Source: Myxococcales bacterium (GTDB lineage: Bacteria > Myxococcota_A > Polyangia > Polyangiales > Polyangiaceae). Taken from it: a stretch of DNA of 64,000 nt. Shown here in pieces: positions 10,226 through 18,772 of the stretch. Where the stretch lies: contig JAYTOU010000017.1 in NCBI GenBank assembly GCA_043747615.1, forward strand, positions 96,001-160,000, read 5' to 3'. Position 1 is the first letter of the stretch. Every line of letters begins with the position of its first letter. Under the pieces are notes generated by a model that saw only the letters and a program-made list of their open reading frames with translations, was not told where the DNA came from and did no database searches. Position numbers and translations under genes: made by a program.

Positions 10226-11260
10226 ATGAGCTTCGATCCGAACGCAGCCGCGCCCGTCGATTCCGGCGTCTTCGGCCTCGACGATTCACTGGACTCGGCG
10301 ACGGTAGTCCTCGTTCCCGTCCCTTGGGACGCCACCACCTCGTACCGCGCGGGAACGGCGAACGGGCCTTTCGCGATCCTCGGAGCGTCGCGCCAGGTGG
10401 ATCTCTTCGACGTCGAGACGGGCACGCCCTACAAAGCAAAGATCGTCATGCTCCCGGAGAGCGCCGAGGTGCGGGCGTGGAACACCGAGGCCCGGGCGTG
10501 CGCGGTGCCGGTGATCGAAGCGGGAGGACGGATCGACGGAGACGCGGGGCTCACGGCAAAGCTCGAGCGGACCAATGCCCTCGGCGCGCTCGTCAACTCA
10601 TGGGTCTACGAAAAAACCAAGACGCTGCTCGCGGCGCGGAAGATCGTCGGCGTAGTGGGTGGGGATCACTCCGTTCCTTTCGGTGCGATTCGCGCAATTT
10701 CCGAAGCGCACCCTGCCGTCGGCATCTTGCACATCGATGCCCACGCCGACCTGCGCCACGCGTACGAAGGCTTCGAGTGGTCGCATGCATCGATCATGGA
10801 AAACGTCTCCCGCAGGCTGCCGAGCGTCGCGAAGATCGTGCAGGTGGGCATCCGTGATTTCTGCGAAGAGGAGCACGCGCGCACCGGCGAGAGCGGCGGC
10901 AGGATCGTCACCTTCTACGACGTCGACCTCGCCGCGGCGCGGATGACCGGCACGCTCATGGACGCGTTCGCGCGCATCGTGAGCGCGCTGCCCGAGAAGG
11001 TATACGTGTCCTTCGACATCGACGGGCTGGATCCGGTGCTCTGTCCTCACACCGGCACGCCCGTACCGGGAGGGCTTTCCTTTCACGAGGCGAGCGCGCT
11101 TCTCGGAGAGGTGGTGAAGGCGGGGCGAACCATCGTGGGCTTCGACTTGAACGAGGTTGCGCCCGGGCCCGAAGGCGACGAGTGGGACGCTAACGTGGGG
11201 GCACGTGTACTATACAAACTTATCGGCTGGACCCTTCTTTCTCAGGGGATCAAGCCGTAA
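10226..11260 (+). CDS. Agmatinase/arginase-family ureohydrolase
   Basis: GGDHS, DAHADL, SFDIDGLDP, GTPVPGG motifs. Confidence 0.9.
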   Translation: MSFDPNAAAPVDSGVFGLDDSLDSATVVLVPVPWDATTSYRAGTANGPFAILGASRQVDLFDVETGTPYKAKIVMLPESAEVRAWNTEARACAVPVIEAGGRIDGDAGLTAKLERTNALGALVNSWVYEKTKTLLAARKIVGVVGGDHSVPFGAIRAISEAHPAVGILHIDAHADLRHAYEGFEWSHASIMENVSRRLPSVAKIVQVGIRDFCEEEHARTGESGGRIVTFYDVDLAAARMTGTLMDAFARIVSALPEKVYVSFDIDGLDPVLCPHTGTPVPGGLSFHEASALLGEVVKAGRTIVGFDLNEVAPGPEGDEWDANVGARVLYKLIGWTLLSQGIKP

Positions 11261-11283
11261 AACGTAACCCCCGTCGCGAACGG

Positions 11284-13059
11284 TCAGGGCACGAGGTCTT
11301 TCACTTCGATGGATCCGTGCGGAGTGATCGCCCGGCGGACGAGCTGGGCGGCGACCGGGTCGTCGGGGGCGAATGGCGCAAGATCGTCGAGGGCGCGGGA
11401 GAGAAGCTCGCGCTCTCCGGATGCGGCACAAGCCAGCGCACGCGCCCGAAGAAGCGAGGCCGTCGCCACCATCAGCTCGCCATCCCGCGGAACGCTGAGG
11501 GCCTTCGCCAAGCGCTCACGCGCAGGCAGAAATGCATCCAGGCCCTTCTTTCGTTCGACGTTCCCACGCGGCTCCGGCTCGAAGCGATCGATCCCTCCGG
11601 CCGCCACGAGGTGCCGGGCGAGCGCACGCTCCCAGCGTGGCTGAAACGCCATGGCGAGCGGACGCGACGAGGCCAGTGAGCTCAGCGAGAACTCGGCGGG
11701 AACGCCGCTGAGCGTCATGTCGCGAAAAAGCGGACCAAGCAACGGCTCGCGCGCGAGCTCGTGAAGCGCCGTGCGGCCCCCGAGATCGCGAAGAGGAAGA
11801 AATACGAGATCCCCCCGGAGCTCGCCGGTCGCACGAGCCGCCATCACCCGGCGGACGACGGGGGCTTCGCTCACCATGACCACGCTTCGCGGAGCGAGAC
11901 CGCCCCACATCTCTTGATCCCACGTGAAGGAAGCACCATTCGGTCGCGCATCGCAGCGCTCCTGAGACTCGTCGGCGGCGAGCGCCGGAAAGGTGAGCTC
12001 GAGAAGAAGGATCATCGCTGCGCTCGCCGACGCGAAGGGAACGCGCGCCTCTGACACCCAGCGGACGAGGGCCTGCATCGCAACGGACGCGAGCGAGGCG
12101 AGTCCGGCAAGAGCGAGGAGCGCACAGCTTCCGTAGCGGCTTGGGCCGGCCGGTGCGCCGAGCGCCATCCCTGCGACACCGATCACCGCCCACGCCGCAA
12201 ACGCGCCGGTGAGCGCGCGACCGCGCGGGGGTGCGAGTCCGAGAACCAGACCCGCAGCGGCGAGGGCGAGGAAGAGCCATCCTAGCTGCTCGTGAAGAAA
12301 TGAGACCGGCGAGACGCGCGGAGACTCACCGCGCTCTCCCAGCCACTCCGCGAGGGGCGCCGCATCGAGGGTGAGGTGCGTACCCGCCCGGCGCTGAAGG
12401 GCAAAGGCGAGCGGAACGCCTCCGAGGACGGCACCGAAGATCGAACGGGGAATGACCGCGCGTGCCAGCGGCGATTGTCCGACCCCCAGAAAAATCGCAA
12501 GCGAGCTAACCGCCGCGAGCCCCACGAGAGGCTCGTACGAGAGCGCGAGGGCACAAAGAAAGACGAGCGCCGGAAAGAGTGTAGAGCGCACGTTTCGCGC
12601 CTGCGCAGCGGCGATGGTCACCGGCAAGATGGCGAGGGCGGCGCCGAGGACCGAGCCGCCGGGCGACGAGGCTTCGAGCTGCCAGGCCATGGAGAGAGAG
12701 GCGGTCGCCGCCGCAATGGCCGCGATGCCGGCGCCGAGAAGCGGGGTCTTGGCGAGCGACCCGAGGAGAGCGCGGATGGCGACGAAAAGAGCGCCCCCGC
12801 TTGCGGCACAGATCGTCGCCGAGGCAAGGGCGGCGCGCGTTGCCCGCGTTCCGAGCGGGATGACCATGAACGTCGCTGACGCGACAGCATCGAGCGCGCG
12901 CCACGCTCCCGTCCAGCCGAGCCCAAGAATGCGAACGATCGCTTCGTCGTGCGCGGCGTCGGCGACATCGAGCGCGCGGGAAGCGGCAAGGCATCCGGGC
13001 AAAAGAATGGAGACGGCGAAGAGAGCGCGATCGATCGCCGGGGAGCGCGCGTCTTCCAT
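11284..13059 (-). CDS. Polytopic membrane protein, possibly DUF2723/GT-C-fold-like
   Basis: About 10 hydrophobic segments followed by a soluble C-terminal domain. The IPLGTRATRAALAS segment resembles DUF2723 proteins. Start set at 13059. Confidence 0.6.
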   Translation of the reverse strand: MEDARSPAIDRALFAVSILLPGCLAASRALDVADAAHDEAIVRILGLGWTGAWRALDAVASATFMVIPLGTRATRAALASATICAASGGALFVAIRALLGSLAKTPLLGAGIAAIAAATASLSMAWQLEASSPGGSVLGAALAILPVTIAAAQARNVRSTLFPALVFLCALALSYEPLVGLAAVSSLAIFLGVGQSPLARAVIPRSIFGAVLGGVPLAFALQRRAGTHLTLDAAPLAEWLGERGESPRVSPVSFLHEQLGWLFLALAAAGLVLGLAPPRGRALTGAFAAWAVIGVAGMALGAPAGPSRYGSCALLALAGLASLASVAMQALVRWVSEARVPFASASAAMILLLELTFPALAADESQERCDARPNGASFTWDQEMWGGLAPRSVVMVSEAPVVRRVMAARATGELRGDLVFLPLRDLGGRTALHELAREPLLGPLFRDMTLSGVPAEFSLSSLASSRPLAMAFQPRWERALARHLVAAGGIDRFEPEPRGNVERKKGLDAFLPARERLAKALSVPRDGELMVATASLLRARALACAASGERELLSRALDDLAPFAPDDPVAAQLVRRAITPHGSIEVKDLVP

Positions 13060-13183
13060 CGCCCGCGAGTACACCGGGATGGCGTGCGGCGCGCAAGTTC
13101 GTTCCGCAGGCGACCAATGGCTAGGCGAATGCATTTTCGCTAAGCTGCTCGACTCGCCACTTACAAGACGAGCGAGGCATACG

Positions 13184-15070
13184 TTGGCAAGGTTCATCGA
13201 TGAGCTGAAACGGTCCCATCACTGCGGTGAGCTCCGCGCGAGCGACGCGGGAAAAGAAGTCATCCTCTTCGGATGGGTCGCCAACTACCGCGATCACGGT
13301 GGGATGGTGTTCATCGATCTGCGCGATCGCGAAGGCATCACCCAGCTGGTGTTCGATCCGCAGCAGACCGGCTTCGGAGATCTTCCGAGGGTCGCTCACG
13401 GCGCGTCCCAGGCGCTTCGAACGGAGTGGGTGATCGGGGTGCGCGGCATCGTCGTCGACCGTGGCGCGAACAAGAACGCCCGCCTTCCCACGGGAGAAAT
13501 CGAGGTCCACGGCGCCGAGCTCACGGTCTTCAACAAGAGCGATACGCCCCCCTTCGAGATCAGCGATTCCACGGACACGGGCGAAGAAAAACGCCTCACC
13601 TACCGCTACCTCGATCTCCGACGCGGACCGCTCCAGCACACGCTGCGCGTTCGCCACCGCATCACCCAGACGACGCGACGCTACTTCGACGAGCGTGGGT
13701 TTCTGGAGCTCGAAACCCCCGTGATGGTGAAGTACACGCCGGGCGGCGCACGGAATTTTCTCGTTCCCAGCCGCATGAATCCGGGGAAATTTTTTGCGCT
13801 CGCAGAGAGCCCGCAGCTTTTCAAGCAGCTCTACATGGTGGCCGGGTTCGATCGGTATTTCCAGATCGTCAAATGCTTCCGAGACGAGGACTTGCGGGTC
13901 GATCGCCAGCCGGAGTTCACGCAGATCGACGTCGAGATGTCGTTCGTCAACCAAGACGACATTTTCCGCGTGATGGAAGGCCTTATCTTCGCGGTCTGGA
14001 AGACGGTGCTCGGCATCGATCTGCACGAGAACTATCCGTCGGGCCGTTTTCCGCAGATGCCCTTCGAAGATTCGATGCGCTCCTACGGCAACGACAAACC
14101 CGATCTGCGCTTCGACATGCCCCACACCGACGTGACCGACCTGGTCATCGAGCACGGCGGAGGCGGCATCTCCTTCTTCAAGGCCATCGCCGACAAGTTC
14201 ACCGACGGTACCTTCCGCCGCGATCTGCCCGCCGAGATCGTTAAGGCGATGCGAGTGCCCGGTTCTGTGAATGGGCAAGCCCTCTCCCGCGCCGACCTCG
14301 ACAAGCTCGAAGACTTCGTGAAGGGCATGGGCTCGAAGGGGCTCGCGCGCGCCAAGATCGACGCAGAAGGAAACTGGGCCCAGTCCCCCCTCGGCAAGAC
14401 GGTCACCCCCGAGCTCCGAAAAGCGATCAACGAAAAAACAGGCGCAAAAGAGGGAGATTTCCTCTTCTTCCAGTTTGGAAAAGAGAGCGTCGTGCAGACG
14501 GTGATGGCGAACCTTCGCGTCCACCTCGCCAAGAAGCTCAAGCTGATCCCCGAGACCGGCCACGGCGGGAAATTCGATTTCCTGTGGGTCGTGAACCCTC
14601 CGCTCTTCGAGTACGACGAGAATGCCAAGCGCTGGGTCGCAGCCCACCACGCGTTCACCCGACCGCACGACAACTGCCTCGAGCTCCTCGACACCGATCC
14701 GGGCAAGGTCCTCTGCTACCGCTACGACCTCGTTCTGAATGGGTTCGAAATTGGCGGAGGCTCGATCCGTCTCCACGATCCGGCGGTGCAGGCGAAGGTC
14801 TTCCGTGCCCTCGGCATCGAGGACGAAGAGGCCAAGCGAAAGTTCGGCTTCTTGCTCGACGCGCTTCGTTTCGGCGCGCCTCCCCACGGAGGAATCGCCG
14901 TCGGCATGGACCGCTTGGCCATGCTCCTGTCCGGTGCCGAGAGCTTGCGCGACGTGATCCCTTTCCCGAAGACGCAGAAGGGGACCGACTTGATGACCGA
15001 TGCCCCGAGCACCGCGGCGCCCGAGCAGCTTGCCGAGCTGAGGGTGCGTGTCATCGAGCCCCCAACGTGA
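13184..15070 (+). CDS. aspS: Aspartate--tRNA ligase
   Basis: RSHHCGELR, RDHGG.VFIDLRD, TPGGARNFLVPSR, QIVKCFRDEDLR.DRQPEFTQIDVE, GAPPHGGIA.G.DR. The TTG start at 13184 is inferred. Confidence 0.97.
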   Translation: MARFIDELKRSHHCGELRASDAGKEVILFGWVANYRDHGGMVFIDLRDREGITQLVFDPQQTGFGDLPRVAHGASQALRTEWVIGVRGIVVDRGANKNARLPTGEIEVHGAELTVFNKSDTPPFEISDSTDTGEEKRLTYRYLDLRRGPLQHTLRVRHRITQTTRRYFDERGFLELETPVMVKYTPGGARNFLVPSRMNPGKFFALAESPQLFKQLYMVAGFDRYFQIVKCFRDEDLRVDRQPEFTQIDVEMSFVNQDDIFRVMEGLIFAVWKTVLGIDLHENYPSGRFPQMPFEDSMRSYGNDKPDLRFDMPHTDVTDLVIEHGGGGISFFKAIADKFTDGTFRRDLPAEIVKAMRVPGSVNGQALSRADLDKLEDFVKGMGSKGLARAKIDAEGNWAQSPLGKTVTPELRKAINEKTGAKEGDFLFFQFGKESVVQTVMANLRVHLAKKLKLIPETGHGGKFDFLWVVNPPLFEYDENAKRWVAAHHAFTRPHDNCLELLDTDPGKVLCYRYDLVLNGFEIGGGSIRLHDPAVQAKVFRALGIEDEEAKRKFGFLLDALRFGAPPHGGIAVGMDRLAMLLSGAESLRDVIPFPKTQKGTDLMTDAPSTAAPEQLAELRVRVIEPPT

Positions 15071-15453
15071 GACCCGTCCGCGCGGCGATCGCGGCCCTGC
15101 TGGTGCCGGCGACGATCGCTGCGTGCAGTGACAACCGATCGCACGTCTACACCGGGCGTCTCTTCGAGCCCGCACGAAACTGCCTTGATCCTGCGACCAG
15201 CATCGATGTCGTCGACGGCACCGATCCCGGATCTTCGTGCGTGAAGAAATGCATCGCCACCCTCGCTCCGAGCGACGGCGGGCCTCGCCAGATCTACGTG
15301 AGCAGCGTGTGTCCGCCCTACCCCACGTTCAGCGACACGACGGGAACGGCCGTTGGCTGCGACCAAGCCCTCGCTGCTTCCGATCGGAGTGACGTCTGCC
15401 TCGCCGACGGAGGAAGCTCCCACCCTGCCCTGCCGGACGCCGGTCTCGACTAG
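15067..15453 (+). CDS. Cys-rich hypothetical lipoprotein
   Basis: GTG start overlaps the aspS stop (GTGA); lipobox IAAC; multiple Cys. Confidence 0.7.
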   Translation: MRPVRAAIAALLVPATIAACSDNRSHVYTGRLFEPARNCLDPATSIDVVDGTDPGSSCVKKCIATLAPSDGGPRQIYVSSVCPPYPTFSDTTGTAVGCDQALAASDRSDVCLADGGSSHPALPDAGLD

Positions 15454-15462
15454 GGAGCGTCC

Positions 15463-16461
15463 CTAGCGTTTCAAGAGAGCGCGGAGGGCGGCCATTGGAT
15501 CGAAGCCGAGCGCGCTGGTCACGTCCTTGTCGCCGGCCGCCGTGCCGAGTCGCTTGCGCATCGAGCGAAGGACCGGGTCGAGAAGTCCGAGCGGGTCGAG
15601 GCGGGAGGTGATCATCTTCAAGCTGTGGAAGGCGTAGCGGGCGCCGTCGACGCCGAGAGCGAGACCGACCGCCAGCGGGATCGGCGAGAGGATGATGTCG
15701 CGCACGGCGACCGCGTGTCCCCACGCGCCGGGTTGAGCATCGACCTGAAGATCGCGAAAGCTGTCGACGTCGGCAAAGCATCCGAAAGCGAGCGGCGCGT
15801 ATCGATCTTCGACGGCGCGGACGAGGTGGCGGTAGTCACGCCGCCAATCCCCCGAGAGTAGACCCATGGCCGGGCGGAGCTCGTCGGGCCCAGCGATCAC
15901 GTCGAAGGCAGTTCCTCGCCTGCGCGCGACGAAGGCGGTGAAGAGTTCGCCCTCCTGGAACATGCCGAGCGCGATGGCGTGACCGTCGGCGCACAGCGAA
16001 TCCATCGTCCGGTGGACCATCGCGGTGCTCGGCGTAGGAATTCCCCGCAGACGGCGAGGCCAGCTCTCGATCGCTCCTTCAGCCATCATTTCTCGAACGA
16101 TCGTGACGAGGTTCAAACTTTGGATCGTCAGGTCGTCGGCGCGGCGCGAGCGGGCACCGAAGCGTTCCATGACTTCGTCGAGGGCGCCGAGGTGCGCACA
16201 CAGCCCCCAGCTTGCGTGGTGCGCGTCGGCGAGCGCGGCGAGCGACATCCGTGGCTCATGGAGCACGGTGATCGGAGGATCGACGCGCCCCTTGATGGTG
16301 TGGAGCACCTTGCGAAATGTTTTTCCGTCGTGGATGGCGAAGATGCCACCCCGCGGCCGGCTGGGCTCGAGCTCAGGGGACGCGCGCGGTTTCCACAGGT
16401 GGAGAAAGCGCCGCCAGTCCTGGGTGGTCCACCCTTCGAAGCGGACGTCCGGTGTAAGCAC
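15463..16461 (-). CDS. Hypothetical protein
   Basis: Long ORF with normal composition. GTG start at 16461 is preceded by a TACTCT -10-like box. Confidence 0.7.
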   Translation of the reverse strand: MLTPDVRFEGWTTQDWRRFLHLWKPRASPELEPSRPRGGIFAIHDGKTFRKVLHTIKGRVDPPITVLHEPRMSLAALADAHHASWGLCAHLGALDEVMERFGARSRRADDLTIQSLNLVTIVREMMAEGAIESWPRRLRGIPTPSTAMVHRTMDSLCADGHAIALGMFQEGELFTAFVARRRGTAFDVIAGPDELRPAMGLLSGDWRRDYRHLVRAVEDRYAPLAFGCFADVDSFRDLQVDAQPGAWGHAVAVRDIILSPIPLAVGLALGVDGARYAFHSLKMITSRLDPLGLLDPVLRSMRKRLGTAAGDKDVTSALGFDPMAALRALLKR

Positions 16462-16510
16462 GCCGCGAGAGTACACGCATCGCCCGCCCGCCCTGGTAGG
16501 TTTCGCCACC

Positions 16511-17467
16511 ATGGTTGCGCCGCGTCTCACCGCCGAAGATCTCTTTCGAACGTATTTTTGGCCGCTCTACCCCGCTGACGCGCAGGGCGATCTTCTGGCG
16601 GCGCGCACGACGGACGCGAACCCCGCGAGGAACCTTGGGGTCCTCGCTCACCTCGACGAGGCTGCCCAGCTCTTTGCGGCACGCGCGCTCGTTCTCTTCG
16701 GAACCGATTTGAAGCTCGATTTCTCGGACGAGAGCGTTCACCGCTTGAGCGCGGCGATCACGAGGGAGCGGCGCGAAGGCTGGCGCGCGCACGGTGAAGC
16801 GGGCACGGCTACGAGCGAGCTCTTCAACGTCGTCGTCCACGGCGCGGCGTACGTGGGAGCGTGCGCGATCAAAGGTCGCGAGGACGCTGCGAGGTGGAGC
16901 GTGCGCAGACCCCTCTGGGAGAGCCTCGTCTCGCTCCGTTCGCGGGCCGGAGAGGGAGACCTCGCCGTCTTTCATTGGTGGCTGAAGTCGCTCGCCGACG
17001 ATGCCTTCGAAGGTTCGGGCCACACCGTCGCCGATCGCTACCGCGCGCATGTCGAGTTGCCGACCATGCGCCCCGAGGAGCTGCCCATCCTCGCGCCATC
17101 GACCCGCAAGCTGCCGCGGATCTCCAAGGCGAGATACGATGTACTCTACAAGCACCTCAAGGCTCATCTTCCCGAAATAAAAGACCTCGGCGCAGACTTT
17201 CCTTCACCCGAGCGCTTCGCCGAGATGGGCTTCACGTGGCTGGATTTCGTGTGGGTCGGCGAGGGGCGGATGCTCGTGATGTACGGCCCCGCGGAGGGCG
17301 GCGTGCATCTCTTCTGGCTCGACGCGCACGGTTTCCAGAAAGCCGCTTTTTTTCCCGCAGACAAATTCCCCGAGCCCATCGTGCGCACGAGCGGCGAGAA
17401 GATTCAGGTGCTCGCCGCGGTGCTCGAAAAACCGATCGTCCACGAGATGCTGTGGTGGGGACCTTAG
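16511..17467 (+). CDS. Hypothetical protein
   Basis: ATG at 16511 preceded by TGGTAGGTT; globular, Trp-rich sequence. Confidence 0.7.
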   Translation: MVAPRLTAEDLFRTYFWPLYPADAQGDLLAARTTDANPARNLGVLAHLDEAAQLFAARALVLFGTDLKLDFSDESVHRLSAAITRERREGWRAHGEAGTATSELFNVVVHGAAYVGACAIKGREDAARWSVRRPLWESLVSLRSRAGEGDLAVFHWWLKSLADDAFEGSGHTVADRYRAHVELPTMRPEELPILAPSTRKLPRISKARYDVLYKHLKAHLPEIKDLGADFPSPERFAEMGFTWLDFVWVGEGRMLVMYGPAEGGVHLFWLDAHGFQKAAFFPADKFPEPIVRTSGEKIQVLAAVLEKPIVHEMLWWGP

Positions 17468-17471
17468 GCCC

Positions 17472-18734
17472 TCAGTTGGTCTTCCCACCGTTGTTGTGAA
17501 CGAGGTACCCGCCCGCAAAGTAGTCATGGAAGACGGCCACCTCGAGATTGTACGTCGTCACGTCACCGGCCATCAGAAGGAGCTCGACCGTCGGCTCGGT
17601 GGCGAGCGTCTCCGGGCCGAGGATTCGGTCCGTGATCGTGGCGAGCGAGAGCGTGTCGCCGATCGAGAGCGCGCCAGCCGCGACCCAGGCGCCATTCACG
17701 TAGAAACGATGTTCGGGCGTGGTGACGATCCCGTTCAGCCGGGCGAGTCGCTTCGTATGCGGGTGGACGAAGAGCTGGGCGACATGCCCGGTCACTTTGA
17801 TTCCGGTGGTGGTGTCGTAGGAGAGCACTTCGTCGCCGACCTCGATCTCTTCGATGGGCTTCGTAGCGCCGCTCGCGAGGGTGACCGGGGTGCCGGCGAT
17901 GAAACAGGCGGCACCCGCGTCCGCCATTGGGATGCATATCCCCGCCGGGCCACACGTAAGCCCCATGGCGGTGCAGTCCATGTCGCAGTTTGGACCGCAC
18001 TTGGTTGGGCCAGGCGTACAGGCGACGCAGCCCGTCCCCCCGAGGTTGTCGCAGGTGCGCCCGGGACCGCAGGCACCGCAGGACGCGGAGTAACAATGTT
18101 GATCGTCCGAGGCGGTGCACGCGTTCCCGACGAGGCAAAACGGCGCGTTGCAGGCGATGGTGCACGTGCCGCTCGCGCACGTTCCCGCTCCGTTTAAAAC
18201 CGTGCAATCAGCACACAAAGTGCCGCAGTGTTTCGGGTCGTGCTGCGGGTCGACGCACTCAAGCATGCACTGGGCATTTGGCGCGTCGCAGGAGGTTGAG
18301 CACCCAAAGCCTCCGTCCATCGGGGCGCAGAACACCGGGCATGTGACGCCGCACGTGCCGCACGCCGCCTTGGTCGTCAGCTGGGTCTCGCAGCCATTGG
18401 CCGGATTCGAATCGCAGTTCCCGAAGCCCGCGTTGCAATCGCTGTCGGTCAATCCGCAGACCTCGGCCACGCAGCTGGCCTTGGCGTTTTGCGAACCGGG
18501 ACATGCGGTGCAGGCGCCGCCGCAGCCGACCTTCGCGTCGTTCCTCGCCACGCAGAGTCCGGAGCACAGCTTCTCGGTGGCCGCGCACACCGCCGGCGCC
18601 GGCGCCCCGTCGGGCATCGTCTGCGTCTGCGCGCGGTCCCTTGGTTCGTCGATGCCGAGGATCGTTCCGCAGGCGAGACCGAAGAACGCCAGAAGCACGT
18701 ACCCGAAAAAAGCGAGCCGCGAGGTCCTAACCAT
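17472..18734 (-). CDS. Cys-rich repeat lipoprotein with C-terminal Hint (intein-like) domain
   Basis: Lipobox GLAC; many CxxCG and CVD...DPxxCG repeats; Hint blocks CFIAGTPV, TTPEHRF, TYNLEV...YFAGGYLVHN. Confidence 0.88.
   Translation of the reverse strand: MVRTSRLAFFGYVLLAFFGLACGTILGIDEPRDRAQTQTMPDGAPAPAVCAATEKLCSGLCVARNDAKVGCGGACTACPGSQNAKASCVAEVCGLTDSDCNAGFGNCDSNPANGCETQLTTKAACGTCGVTCPVFCAPMDGGFGCSTSCDAPNAQCMLECVDPQHDPKHCGTLCADCTVLNGAGTCASGTCTIACNAPFCLVGNACTASDDQHCYSASCGACGPGRTCDNLGGTGCVACTPGPTKCGPNCDMDCTAMGLTCGPAGICIPMADAGAACFIAGTPVTLASGATKPIEEIEVGDEVLSYDTTTGIKVTGHVAQLFVHPHTKRLARLNGIVTTPEHRFYVNGAWVAAGALSIGDTLSLATITDRILGPETLATEPTVELLLMAGDVTTYNLEVAVFHDYFAGGYLVHNNGGKTN
17493..17906 (-). 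other. Hint domain (Cys1 ... His-Asn) within the lipoprotein CDS
   Basis: Cys1 codon at 17906-17904, block B TxxH, terminal HN at 17498-17493, followed only by NGGKTN-stop. Confidence 0.85.
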
Positions 18735-18772
18735 ATCTGCAGTATCGCCCAGATGATCCAGGGCCACAAATC

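Noticed and set aside
12452..13183. Apparent 244-aa N-terminal extension of AspS
   Set aside because: It is the antisense of the membrane-protein gene; AspS similarity starts at about 13184. Similar spurious extensions were trimmed for the GS-like gene, the HAMP kinase, TlpA, TrmB and others.
17472..17906. Mobile intein or polymorphic toxin
   Set aside because: No homing endonuclease, no +1 Cys/Ser/Thr, no toxin domain and no co-oriented immunity gene downstream.
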